The position numbers and the translations under genes were made by a program. 64,000 bases of DNA from Camelus ferus (lineage: Eukaryota). The notes under the pieces are model-generated. The model ran no database searches, was not told the origin of the DNA, and was given only the letters and a program-made list of their open reading frames with translations. Below, one piece after another: positions 52,780 to 64,000 of the stretch (its first letter is position 1; every line of letters begins with the position of its first letter). Where the stretch lies: the NCBI RefSeq assembly GCF_009834535.1, contig NC_045696.1, positions 115,322,001-115,386,000 on the forward strand. Reading direction: 5' to 3'.

Positions 52780-52960
52780 ACACTTGTAACAACTCTGTTT
52801 CTTGCGTGGTTTCACTTACTGTCTGTCACCTCCGTAGAGCAGACGCTCCTGAAGTGCAGGAGGAAGTCTGTCTTGTTCATGACTGTCTCCCTAGCGCCTT
52901 GCATGGTCTTGGCTCATTAGAAGAAGTCATCAAATGAATGAATGGAGGAATGAGTGAACA
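52780..52960 (+). mobile_element. L2 3' end
   Basis: gtctgtcttgttcatgactgtctccctagcgccttgcatggtcttggctcattag...aaatgaatgaatg. Confidence 0.75.
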
Positions 52961-54568
52961 AAGGAGCTTTCTATCAAACAGCGCATTCCAGATATTTTAC
53001 TGGCTGTGGAGGAATTCTGGTTCAGGTCAGCGGGACTAGTGTTTAGGAACGTCTTGGAGCAAGTTCCAGCTCTGGGTTGTTGTTCCGCTGATGTGAAGTA
53101 GTCTTTCCAACGCCCAGATCCTCTGACTTTTCTCTCTTTACTTTTGAGCTTTCGTGATAGTTAGAGCCTTTTGTTTTTTACTCCTCAGCAGATAAGAAAT
53201 CCAGTCAAGATGTTTGTTATTACAAAACCAGAGAGAAAGATCGCAAGCTTTTTTTTTTTTTTTAGCCCAACTTGTTTGTGGAGACATTTATCATCCTTTG
53301 ATAACATGTCATCATCTTCAGAGAAACGGACAGCGGGTGCTTTGTAATTGGGACGGGAGGCTGTGGCGTGACTGATGGAAGCCTTGATCGCGTATCATTG
53401 TCAAATATGTGTCTCTGAAAGGCGTGTGTTTGAAAGGCTGTGCTTGCGTCTATGACACTTGGCTCCGTGCCTCCATATGTAGCCGCCAATTCATGCACCT
53501 CATCTCAAGTTTGAGTGGCCCAACTTTGATCACCGGTCAGATTAGCCTCATTATTCACTGAGCATCCCCTCTACTCAGCGGTCATCGGCTGGATTTGTGA
53601 CTCTCTAGATCAAGTCTTTAAATCTCTCTGCTAAGTCAGTTTCCAGAGAGCAGAGCCCCGAGACTGGCAGCTATGAAAATCAGCCACCACTCAACGCCCA
53701 GCACAGGATTCTGTGTCAGGGAAGGGTTTTAGGACCTAAGAAAATTCACTGCCATCAGGAGGACTTCAGCCTTGTTGAGTAGATAAAACCAAAATGGGAA
53801 GACTATGACGTATGTCTAAAGGGACAGACAGAAAGGGTGGTTCAGACATGGTGAGAGAGGGAGAAAAGGCTGGGGGTTGGAGCTGGAAAAGCAGATGACA
53901 TTTGGACTCAGACTCTAGGTTTATAATCTCTGCTGTGTCATTCAATTTTCTTCATCTATCAAATAACAAATCGTAGTGAGGATGATCAGCAATGCAGTTA
54001 AGACATCTGCCGTAACGCCTGACACATAGTGGTTACTCTGAAATGGTAGGAGGGTTGCTATTACATGCTTAACGTTGTCATTATTATCCTCGAGTACCCA
54101 TTCCTCTGTGATCCTCACAGATGGAAAAAAATTAGGGAGAGGTATGCAAAGAAACTTCATGGAGGAAGCTGATAGCCAGCAAGATCAGAAATGACGGAAT
54201 GGCCAAAAGAGGGCTGAGACATCTGGGATCTTTGCTTGTATCACAAAGGTGAGTACACATCAGTGATGCCGAAGGTCAATTTGCCGCCACCAGCTGGCAT
54301 TTCAGGACAATTCAAGCTTTTTTTTCAAGTTGGCTCCAATATTTAGTAAAACTGGCCCTTCGTGGTAACATGGGTATCTCTTGAATGCCTGCGTTATGGC
54401 CCGTGTGCTGCTTTAGCAAATTAGGAAGCCTTGTAGATCAGGATAAGCATATTTTTAGAAGGAATCTCCATCAGCCAGCTGATCATGGCAAGACCACAGC
54501 TTCAGAAGCACCTCTGTGTGGAAGAGCCTTGGCGCGCCAGGGAAGTAATTAATTTAAACAGAGAGAGC

Positions 54569-55100
54569 TTCCGGTTCCAAAGAAAATTGAGTCAGCAGCG
54601 TTCCACCCTATCTCCCTGCTAATTACAGTGGTAAACCCTGGACAACATAGAACAACCATCTGAAGACTCTGACAGGTGGAGAGAACTGAAACTGACCAGG
54701 GCTCTCAGGACTTGAGGCATGACCCAATGGGAAGTTCCCATTTTGGGGTGGGGGTTGTTAGTTTCTTTCATTTTTGTGTTTTCTATGTTTGGCTTTTTGT
54801 TTTCCTTCTGCACATGCCAGCCTGGGGGCTGGAGCAGCCTGCAACCCGGAACAGCCAATGGGTGCACACACAACACCTGAAAAACAGCTCTTTCTAGCCC
54901 TCTTGTAGACTTGGGGGACGGCAGCCCTGTAGGATGGAGCCCTTTTGATGATACACACTCTGCTCCAGGCCAGTGGGACAGAGAACCATTCGTCTCCCCC
55001 TCCCCACTGGATCCTTCAGAAACTGGGGGGAAGACTCCTGCTGGCAATCCATGCTCACTGCTGACGCCATCAGAGGCAGCGCCCTCTCCGCCAGGCACTG
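54569..55100 (+). mobile_element. Old L1 (L1MD/L1MC-like) 5' region
   Basis: aaaccctggaca...gaagactctgacaggtggagaga...ctcaggacttgagg...gcaacccggaacagccaatgggtgca resembles the recalled L1MD 5'-end consensus. Confidence 0.55.
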
Positions 55101-55159
55101 TGAGCGTGTGCATCTGTGTCCTGCTGGCCAGCCCCGCCCTGTGAAGGTGGATCTGGGAT

Positions 55160-55755
55160 GACCCTTTAACTAGTCTTCCTTTACCAGCGGGCATGATGTT
55201 AAGCTCTGTCAGGAGAGGGCACTGGAGAGACATCGCAGGAGGAAAAGGTCTTTCTCCCTGGTCTTGGGTGCTCACTGGCCAGACTCCGGCAGTGTAGACC
55301 CTTCTCCCATTGATACCCAGCTCCTGCGGTACCCAGCGTTCAGAGCACACACAGGACAGCAACTTCTCCCAGCATGCCAAAGCAGAGTCGTGTCAGTTTG
55401 TGTCTCCAGTTAGATTCTCCGTGAATAGCTTTCTCTGGTGCCAAGAGGGCAGATTTCCAGCAGGTTCCACCACGGAGGCCCCAGAGCAACCTCTCAATGG
55501 TTCAGTGAGCCACAGCCTCTCCAATCAAGGTCTGGAGCTCAGAGCCGGGTGGGGTGGCCTGTCCTCAGTCACAGGACCTCAGCACCAGGGGTGGGGGCTG
55601 TTCCTTGTATTTGCTAGTTCTGCGTTGTTTAGAGATCTCTTTACTTCTTACTGGGAAATTGTCACTAAGTAACGTCCTGTTACAGTTACTAGTAAACTTT
55701 CCCTGTTCACTTCGCTGTGTAGTTTTTCTCTCTCCTGATTGGACCCTGACTGACA
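55160..55755 (+). mobile_element. ERVL solo LTR (LTR41/LTR33-like)
   Basis: 3' terminus taaacttttccctgttca...ctcctgattggaccctgactgaca and internal gagggcactggagagacat typical of this LTR group; 5' boundary uncertain. Confidence 0.6.
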
Positions 55756-55789
55756 AAGACCGACACCAAACACATTATCCGTTAACCAA

Positions 55790-56990
55790 AGAACAGATCA
55801 ATTGGATTTCACCAAAATTAAAATTTTAGTTCTGTGGCAGACAGACCTCCATCTGGAAGAAAATATTTTCAATTCACACATTTGACAAAGTTTGCATCCA
55901 GCCGGTATTAAGAACACGTTAAACTCAACGGCAAGAAGGCAACCATTCCAATTAGAAAATGGATGAAAGGCTTGAACAGGTACTTCACCAAAGAACGCAC
56001 AGGCAGTAAATCAGCACGTGAGAAAATACCCAGCATCATCGTTAGCTTTTAGGGAAATGCAGGTTACAGCCACAGGAGGATGCCACTGCACATCTGCTGG
56101 AATGTCTACAGTGAAATAAAGAACCAGCACTGACCCCAGCGACTAGAGGATGCAGAGTGAATGGAACACGTTGCTGGGGCGATGCAAACTGGCACAGCCC
56201 TTGTGGAGGCCAGTTGGTGGTTTCTTTCTTTTTTTTTTTTTTTTTTTGGTGGTTTCTTATAGAGGTAAACATATACTTGTCCCAAGACTCAGCAGTCTTA
56301 CTCCTGGGCCTTCACCACACGGCACTGAAACTTTCCGTTCACACAAAAACCTGGATACAAGTCTTTGTAGAAGTTCTGTTACTGCTCACCACCAAATAAT
56401 GAAAACAACAAAATGCCCTTCCCTGGGCAAATGGATTAACAAACTGTGATACATGGATGTGATGGATGGAGTGCTACTTAACAGTCAGAAGGAATGGACG
56501 ATTGATGCCTGCAGCATCTTGGGTGGATCTCAAGGACATTATGGTGAGTGAGCAAATAAGCCTCACGAGACGCCATACTTTCTTGTTCCGCGTATGGAGC
56601 AGTCTCCAAATTACACTCTGTAGTGGTTTCTCAGAATTTGGAGTTGGAGGGAGTCTGTGACTGCAGTGAGGTAGCCTGAGGAACTTTCTCTGGAGTGACA
56701 GAATCATCTGTTTCCTGATTGTGATGGTGGTTGCCAGAATATATACATGAGATAAAATTTCCAAGAAATATACACTGAAAACAGGTCATGTGTTACAACT
56801 GGTAACATCTGAATAAGACCTGTTGTTTAGTTAAGAGTTCAATCCAATGTCAATTTTCTGGTTGTGATAAATTTGCTGTGGTTATAGAAAATGTTACCAT
56901 TGGAGGGACCTGGATGAAGGATGCATGGGAACTCCCTGTACTAGTTTTGCAACTTCTCTGTTGGTCTCAAAGTATCTCCGAGCAAAAATG
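55790..56990 (+). mobile_element. Old L1M (L1MC/L1MD-like) ORF2 end and 3' UTR
   Basis: ttggatttcaccaaaattaaaa, agggaaatgcaggtta, aaatggattaacaaactgtgatacat, 3' end gggaactccctgtactagttttgcaacttctctgt. Confidence 0.8.
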
Positions 56991-57090
56991 AGGTAAACAG
57001 ACAACCACACCAAGAACAGCAAAACCAGAAATCAGCTGAAGGGTACGATGGTAAAAACACAGACCTCAGACAGGATTGCTGATGCCAAGG

Positions 57091-57285
57091 ATTATTATTA
57101 TTTTTTTTAATTGAAAGATAGTCAGTTACAGTGTGTCAGTTTCTGGTGCACAGCGTCATGTTTCAGTCATCCATACACATACATATATTCCTTTTCAAAT
57201 TCTTTTTCATTCTAGGTTTCTACAAGATATTGAATATAGTTCCCTGTGCGCTACAGAAGAAATGTGGTTTTTAATCTATTTTATT
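57091..57285 (-). mobile_element. L1 3'-end stub inside a MER5-like element
   Basis: Poly-T, then gtcagttacagtgtgtcagtttctggtg...caagatattgaatatagttccctgtgc. Confidence 0.85.
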
Positions 57286-57506
57286 CTAAACCATGCTCCT
57301 CGTGTTTCTGAGTTAGTTAACCTAGTCTGAGGCCCAGGAATTGGCACTGTCTAAAATTTTCACAGACAATTCTAGGGATTACAGAGGTGGGAGAAATGCC
57401 AATTTAAGGGAATTCTGAGGCAAAAGTTAGCTTTGGCTGGGAGGGAGCAGTTTCCTTGTTTCCCTGGGTTTGTAGTATTTGGTGGCACGCTGATGTGGGT
57501 TGGAAC

Positions 57507-57839
57507 TTTTTTTTTTAGCTTTTTAAAATTGAACGATAATTGCAGTCCAACAGTATATGTTACAATTGTACAATATAGGAATTCACAAATTTTACAAGTT
57601 ATACTCCATTTATAGTTATTATAAAATATTGGCCATACTCCCTGTGTTGCACCATATATCCTTGTGGCTTATTTTATACCTGAGAGTTTGTACCTCTGAC
57701 CCCCCACCCCATCCCCCAGCCCTCCCCCACCACTGGTAACCCCCAGTTTGTTCTCTAGATCTGTGAGCTGCTTCTTTTCTGTTATATTCACTAGTTTCTT
57801 GTATTTTTTAGGTTCCACTTATAAATGCTATCATACAGT
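57507..57839 (-). mobile_element. L1 3'-end fragment
   Basis: Poly-T, tatactccatttatagttattataaaatattggc, C-rich tract, ctggtaacccc, ttaggttccac; short gaactt duplication at both ends. Confidence 0.85.
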
Positions 57840-57859
57840 GAACTTGAATTGGTCCTGGG

Positions 57860-58067
57860 CAAGGATCAGCAAACAGTTTCTATAAAGGATAGCATGGAAA
57901 CATTTTAGGGTTTGCAGGCCATACGGTCTCTGTGTGGCTAGTCATTTCTGCCACTGTCATGAAAGCAGTCATGGATAATACAGAAAAGAATGGTTGTGCC
58001 TGTGTCCCAGTAAAACTTTATTTATAAAAACAGACCGTAGACCAGAGTTAGACCTCTCTGACCGCTG
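57860..58067. mobile_element. MER58A hAT-Charlie element
   Basis: caaggatcagcaaac...tttgcaggccatacggtctctgt...taaaactttatttataaaaacag; homologous to 48461-48679. Confidence 0.82.
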
Positions 58068-58491
58068 ATTTAGAGAACTGGGTGGACCACACGCTCAGTA
58101 GGAGTCAAGCATGGGACTCAGTGAATGAGCCCAGACTTAAAGAACCAGTGGTTCTACATGGTCGCTCTTGTCAGATCAAGCTTAGTGCACTGCACTCGGT
58201 TCTAGTCTCCTCACTTCAAAGAAGGTGTGTGAAACTGTTCACGGCCAGAACGAGCCACCCGGGGTGGTGAAGGGTCTGGAAGCCACACCATGGGAGAAGT
58301 GCTTGAAGCACCCGAACCTGAAAAATGTTGAGACTGATAACAGTGTCCGAACGCCTTGCTGTTTGGGAAAGAGATTATGAAGTTTACGTCTTAAAAAAAT
58401 AGAAGGAAGGTTGCTTACTCATTTACCTGACAACTATATATATGAACACTGACTATGTTCATGTGCTGTTTTAGGCCCGAGAGAAGATACA

Positions 58492-59311
58492 CGGTAAGCC
58501 CTTCTTATCCACGGGGGGTACAGTCCAAGACCCCGTGGATGGATGGTTGGATGGATGGATGGATGAAACCACAGATAAAGACTGAACCCTGTGTGTATTG
58601 TATTTTTTTTTATACATTCATACCTGTGATAAAGTTTAGTTTATAAATTAGGCACAGTAAGTGATGAAAAGCAACTAATAATAAAATAGAGCAGTTATAA
58701 TCATATACTGTAATAAAAGTATATTGAGTGAACGTGCTCTCGCTCTTTCTTGGTACATCTTATTGCACAAACATCAGGCCTCTTCCTCCTCAGCTAAGCA
58801 CGGAACTTGTGTGGTCTGAGCTGCACCGGCAAGACTAGGAGGAGTTTCTTTTTCCTTCTTTGCAGTTTCACAGATAAAAGATTGATTCTTATCTTAGCAA
58901 CCTCAGGGTTCAGTTTCTTTTTCTTCTCTTATTAAGTCAAGAACTTCTCACCTTTTCACTTAAAGGAATTCTCTAACAGCTTCTCTGTGGCGTATCCGAA
59001 CTGCTAGCATCACTACTCTCGCGCTTTGGGGCTGTTATTAAGTAAAATAAGGGTTACTTGAACACAAGCACTGTGAGACCGTGCCAGTCCACCTGATAAC
59101 CTGCTAAGTGGTTAACGGGTGGGATACGCTGGACGAAGGGGTCGTTCACGTCCTGGGAGAGACAGAGAGGGATCACATGTTTTATTACGCTACTCAGAAT
59201 GATGCATGGTTTAAAACTTGTCAATTGCTTATTTTTGGAATTTTCCATTTAATATTTTGGACCATGGTTTCTCCTGTAGAAAGCAAAACCGTGAAGAAGG
59301 GGGAACTACTG
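58492..59311 (-). mobile_element. MER44/Tigger7-derived TcMar DNA transposon (internally deleted)
   Basis: TIRs cggtaagcccttcttatccacgg / ccgtgaagaagggggaactactg followed by TA; minus strand reads CAGTAGTTCCCCC...AAAATATTAAATGGAAAATTCC; internal (GGAT)n at ~58546-58565. Confidence 0.85.
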
Positions 59312-60654
59312 TACTAGCTAACTAGGCGGTGAAAGGAAGTTGCAGAAAGATGGATTTCATTTCTGTAAGAAAGGCTTCTTTAAAAATGCAAAGCTGTCTG
59401 CAAGTGGGCCCAGCTGCCTTGGGAGGTAATTTCTCAGACTTTGGAGTCATGCAAAAACAATCTAGCAAATAGAATGAGCTGGCCCGGGGCATTTCAGCGG
59501 GGACTGTATGTGAGGCCGTGGTTTGCAATCTGCTCTGTGGACCCCAGGGCTCTCACTAGGCTCCATAAAGGACGGTGGGATGGAGTTCAGAGCTCTGGGT
59601 TCCTCAGGCCAACTTCAACCTCTGTGTTATCTGTTAACAGTTGGACTTCTGCAAAATCTTCTCCAGAAGAAAGAATCCTGTGATGACAAATATATTTTTA
59701 AACCACTGAGATAATAATTTCAATCAAATGCCCTGCAAGCTATGCCCCTTCTAACTTTGACATTCTGTTATTTTATCCAAGTAGGCAGTAGCTAGTGGAG
59801 AACTTCCAAATTATCATACACGTTCAGAAATCTATAGGTTTGAAGAGATAATTTATAGGAATCTGAAAGGTGGCATTCCCTATAAGAAAGAATACCTATT
59901 TTTGGAGTTTCAATAGTGTCTTATTTTCACTTTTCCTTGGACCTAGTTTTTTATTTCTATATAAGTGGTTTGTATTTTATACCATTTATTGCATCCCATC
60001 CCTTTTGTGTTCAATTTTTTACAGTCTGGACATTCTGAAATGTAGTGTGTTACTTCTGCTCCTACAATTCAGCAAACTTCTGTCTAGGTCCCTGTTTTTA
60101 TGACAGTAGGAATTGTCAGTGTAACCCTTGCAGGTAAGCTCCGTCGCTCAGTGATTTCTCAGCCAGCGTCTTAGCTGTGGGTTACCCCTCATCTCTCCCT
60201 CTGCCTGGCCTGGAGTAGGCCTCAATTAGTCAGCTCACACACCTGGAAACCCTTGAAGATAAAAATCAATGTTTAAGGATGATCTTATGTGATCAGTAAA
60301 CTCAAAATGTGCTTTTGGAAAATGAAATTTAGTGATTTATGTAACTGATGAAATGGCATTGGTGATACTGTCATGTGGTTAAAACCATTGACGGGACCAT
60401 ACCCAAACATCCATCTGAACATATGTGCGTCAGAGGGTTGCTTTAAACCACTTGCTACTTTGAAATGATCTTTATCCCGTTTATTAAAATGGGTTGTGGG
60501 GACAAAGCCACGTTCGTGGGCCTTGCTTACAAATTTAAGAGACAAATATCAAATATCACCAGTCAGATAACTTCCTAGTGAATCAGGCCATATGTGTTAT
60601 GCTTTTCAGTGATCCTTAAAGTGAAAAAAAAAAATCCCTCTTCGTCTTCTGAAT

Positions 60655-60865
60655 CTTTTCTTTCTTTTTTTTTTTTTTTTTCCAACTGCAGTACAGTCAG
60701 TTACAATGTGTCAATATCTGGTGTACAGCACAATGTCCCAGTCATGCATGTATACACGTATATTCGTTTTCATTGTAGGTTATTACAAGACATTGAGTGT
60801 AGTCCCCAGTGCTGTACAAAAGAAATTTTTTTTTAGTCTTTTTTAATGTATAGTGGTTAACATTT
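60655..60865 (-). mobile_element. L1 3'-end stub (same subfamily as 31580-31801)
   Basis: tacagtcagttacaatgtgtcaat.tctggtgtacagcacaatgtcccagtcatgcat is the reverse complement of the ~31715-31770 tail. Confidence 0.88.
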
Positions 60866-62425
60866 TCAGAAGGAGCTGGTGACCTGACTGTGATGAGTAA
60901 CTAAAGACAGAGACTTCTGGAGGATGAATTGATTCAGAATAGCAAAAGGCCTTAATCTTACTCGGATACCAAGTAACTCATTCGTCTGAGAATACTCTTT
61001 TTCCCATACAAATGAGGAGTTTATCCCTTCCTAAATTTTCTTCTTTTTTCTGAATAAATGTATGAATCCACGATGTTTGTCATATGCCACTACCTGGGTA
61101 CATGTCTGTTTTCATCTGGGGAAATGATATTAATTAATACAAGGTGTATTTTAAAAGCAGGTATTTCTAATCTCTGGTGGCTGGAGATTTTATTTCTGTT
61201 TTTAAATAGAAGACCAGAAGGAATAATCTGTGTTTAAATAGCAGTAATTACCATAGATTCTACTTGCATGGACACTGTCAGAGCTAATGCATTTCCGTCA
61301 AATCAAATAATCTTAGAAGGGGGGCTTTTGTAATGAATGCTAATGTAAGAGGCAGCCATAAGGAAAGCAAATTATAGACGCAGGTAAATGTAGAATTAGC
61401 TGCATTTGCAAAGTAGCCTTTTGTTACAAATTAAGTTCTTATGATATTCATAAAAATGGAAGGGTCTATCTAGAGAGCCTTCATCAGGAACTTGCTGAAC
61501 ACTGATAGGAGTTTGGAAATACTATTCCAGAACTCTTCATTATAAATCGAAAGTCTTAAAAGAACGTTTGCATACCTTAATTTTTTACTGTTGCCCTTAA
61601 GTAAATCTTCTTTTACTGAAATCTACTCTTTAGTGGAGTTAATTTCTTTCAAGTCCAAAGTTAGTTCCAGATGCATGTTTAGAGAATAAATTAAGTAAAT
61701 AGAGTACTTTGTGTTCATTGAAGCTCAGTGCCATATAAATAAGAGATCATTGGCACATCATTACATGTGTTAATTACACAGGCTAAATTATGGATCAGAT
61801 CTGAGAAGGAAAATTTCCGCAAAAGTTACATAAAGCAAAGATAAATTTCTCAAGTGGTCTCCTAGATGAAATTATACAGAGAGATACACATTTCCTGCCT
61901 GAATATTGAACTAAATTAATTTACAGCTCTCGAATCTTCTAAAGTGTTCCACAGAGGGACTCATACCGATATTTCTAGGCCACCAGTTTAAGTGTAAAAA
62001 TATTAACTTGATAATTTACGTTTTGATCCAAAATAGTTAATATTCACCTAATGTTGATAAGAAATTCATGGCTGTCACTTTATCCTATCATGTGCTTTTG
62101 ATTATTACTACCATTTTAATTATACATAATACAACCTCATTATACACAGTTTATAAGATTTTATGACCTAGAGGGTAAAAAAAATTCTATAATCCCCTTT
62201 TCCTCAAATTTGTCCTGCTGCCAAGTTTTAATAAGTGTAAAGAGAAAAAGTAAGGTGTCTTTCTGTCCCTTTAATCGGTCTGTCTTCTGTGTTACTGGGG
62301 ACCATGCTTTTGTGCTGAAGATATTCCTAAAGTTGAATAAGAGGGAATAAATTACCCTTTCTTACTTTCAGAAGTAAGAGCCAAGACCAGGAGAGAATAT
62401 CTTACATCAAATATTTAATTCCCTC

Positions 62426-62780
62426 TATATCAATCAGCTTAGGCTAAGTTATGCAGTGGTACCAGATGGCCCCCCCCAAATCTCAGTGGCTTCCAGAACA
62501 AAAATCTGCTCTGTGCTATGACTCTGCTGAATATGCCTTCATTTCTGGACATAGTCTGATGCATCAGGTGTATCTGGATGTGGCTTGTCTTATGGTACAG
62601 AGAGCAAGAAAGAAACGGGAGGCATACATTATCCGTTCCATTGTCTACTAGGAGGTGGCGTGGGTCACTTACCTTCATGCTTTCAGGGAGGGCCAGAGTC
62701 AATCACGTGGTGAGTCCTAATGTCAGTGGGGCTCAGGCAGATACAATCCTCTGGGAGGGATATTTTGAACAATGCTGTTG
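62426..62780 (-). mobile_element. MaLR LTR (MLT1I/L-type)
   Basis: tcagcttaggctaagttatgc.gtggta...cccaaatctcagtggctt...ggccagagtcaatcacgtgg..agtcctaatgtcagtgggg. Confidence 0.65.
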
Positions 62781-62789
62781 TCATCCATC

Positions 62790-63800
62790 CAGTAAATATT
62801 TGTCAACATGACACATATTTTGGAACATCTAATATGTGCTGAGATCTGTGCTGGGGGTTAGACTGGAGTAAAGAACAGCACAGACATACTTCTCTCACTG
62901 ATGTTGCATTGACTGAAGTGTTGTTATGCTGCTTTCCTAGAGGTTCAGATACTCCTTACTGAAATAAATTCTCATCCAGGAGCAGGAAATGAGCCCCAGG
63001 ACAGTTTCACACACATCCCTGGAGATTCTGATCTTTCAATTCTGGAAGATGCCTCTTCCAACTCCATCTTAATAGAGAAAGTCATTGTCGCTTGTAGATT
63101 TGTGTCTTCTTAAAATGTGGGGTCGTTGCATTATAGGGGCAGAACATTGGACACCATGCATCTGTATTTACTGGTTTTAGTTTCTGGGCATGAAGCTCCA
63201 TGAGAAATTGTAAAATGGAAAGGAAATTTGCTTGGGCATAGATTTTTGAGATGTCAGAGAAAAAGCATGCCTGGTGGAAGTAACCATGAACAAAAAAACA
63301 GGGATGCCAGAATGAAACTGAACATCAGTTGAGAGGGAGTTAGAATGTCGGGGTTGAATACGGAAGGTGAAACTCCAACAGGAAGAAGTAGACATTGTAG
63401 ATTAAGGACTCGGGGCTTGACATTAGAGAGACCAATCTGACAATCAGTAAGATATTTGGGAGCCGGCAGTGACTTGAAGACGAAGGCATGCTAGGGAAAT
63501 CTTTGCTAAATTTTACATTGTAATTATGATGCAAACTCTACCCAGAACTTGCAGGTGTTAACAGGACAGGAAAGGAAGGGGTGAGCTGGCGTGGCATTGA
63601 AGTCTGGTGATTCGGTCTACAGGCATAGTAAAGGAAGAGGTAATAGTGCCTTCATGACTGAATTGGAGGGTCTTAGGAGAACTGTGGAGTGGTTACAAAA
63701 ATGAACATGTGACGGGTGACAGAGTGATTCAGCGATAACTCCAGACTCTTCCAGGGATGGGAACAGAGTGAGGGTTGTGGACGTGGATGAGACACTGCAT
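62790..63800 (-). mobile_element. L2 fragments
   Basis: catccatccagtaaatatttgtca..atgtgctgagatctgtgctggg (reverse of the L2 3' end), then a purine-rich L2-type body. Confidence 0.5.
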
Positions 63801-64000
63801 ATAGGAATACAGTCACCGTGGAATCTCTTCCATGAATAAGAAAGAATGACAGCTTCAAGAAGATAAGAAATCGATTTTGGATAAGCACATTTTTTTCTTC
63901 TTCACTTGAGGAGAAATGTCCTATTTTAATTCTGACATAAGCTCAGGTTCTGTAATCTGAAAAGGGGATCCACTCTCACCTAAAAACAGTTAAGTTTTAT

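Noticed and set aside
54619..55380. Longest ORF in the track (253 aa, minus strand)
   Set aside because: Runs antisense across old L1 5' and ERVL LTR sequence, with no recognisable domain; a chance open frame in GC-richer DNA.

Overview
Mammalian (eutherian) genomic DNA, almost all intronic and repeat-rich. It is not prokaryotic, and there are no CRISPR arrays or operons. The only supportable host coding sequence is one 163-nt internal exon of ZNF385D (+ strand, 35378-35540; SQAAAHYKGTKHAKKLKALEAMKNKQK...), flanked by more than 35 kb and more than 28 kb of intron. A tRNA-Ala-derived Vic-1-like SINE, many short artiodactyl-type L1 3' stubs, and no Alu, Bov-tA/BovB, PRE-1 or SINEC copies that I could see suggest a camelid genome (inference). 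Other repeats: a 2.5-kb 5'-truncated L1, L2/MIR, MaLR/ERVL LTRs, and DNA transposon fossils (MER5A, MER58A, MER96B, MER44/Tigger7, MADE2). Most notable observations: (1) an inverted 5S rRNA fragment fused to the 5' end of an L1 stub inside one TSD pair; (2) a decayed Gypsy-type pol remnant (RT-RNaseH-integrase) on the minus strand at about 10.45-12.49 kb; (3) a near-perfect 89/90-bp duplication of apparently unique sequence 812 bp apart; (4) two 5'-inverted L1 stubs, one forming a 43-bp hairpin. Repeat family names come from recalled consensus sequences, not a database search, and old-repeat boundaries are approximate. I see no convincing evidence of a new biological system.
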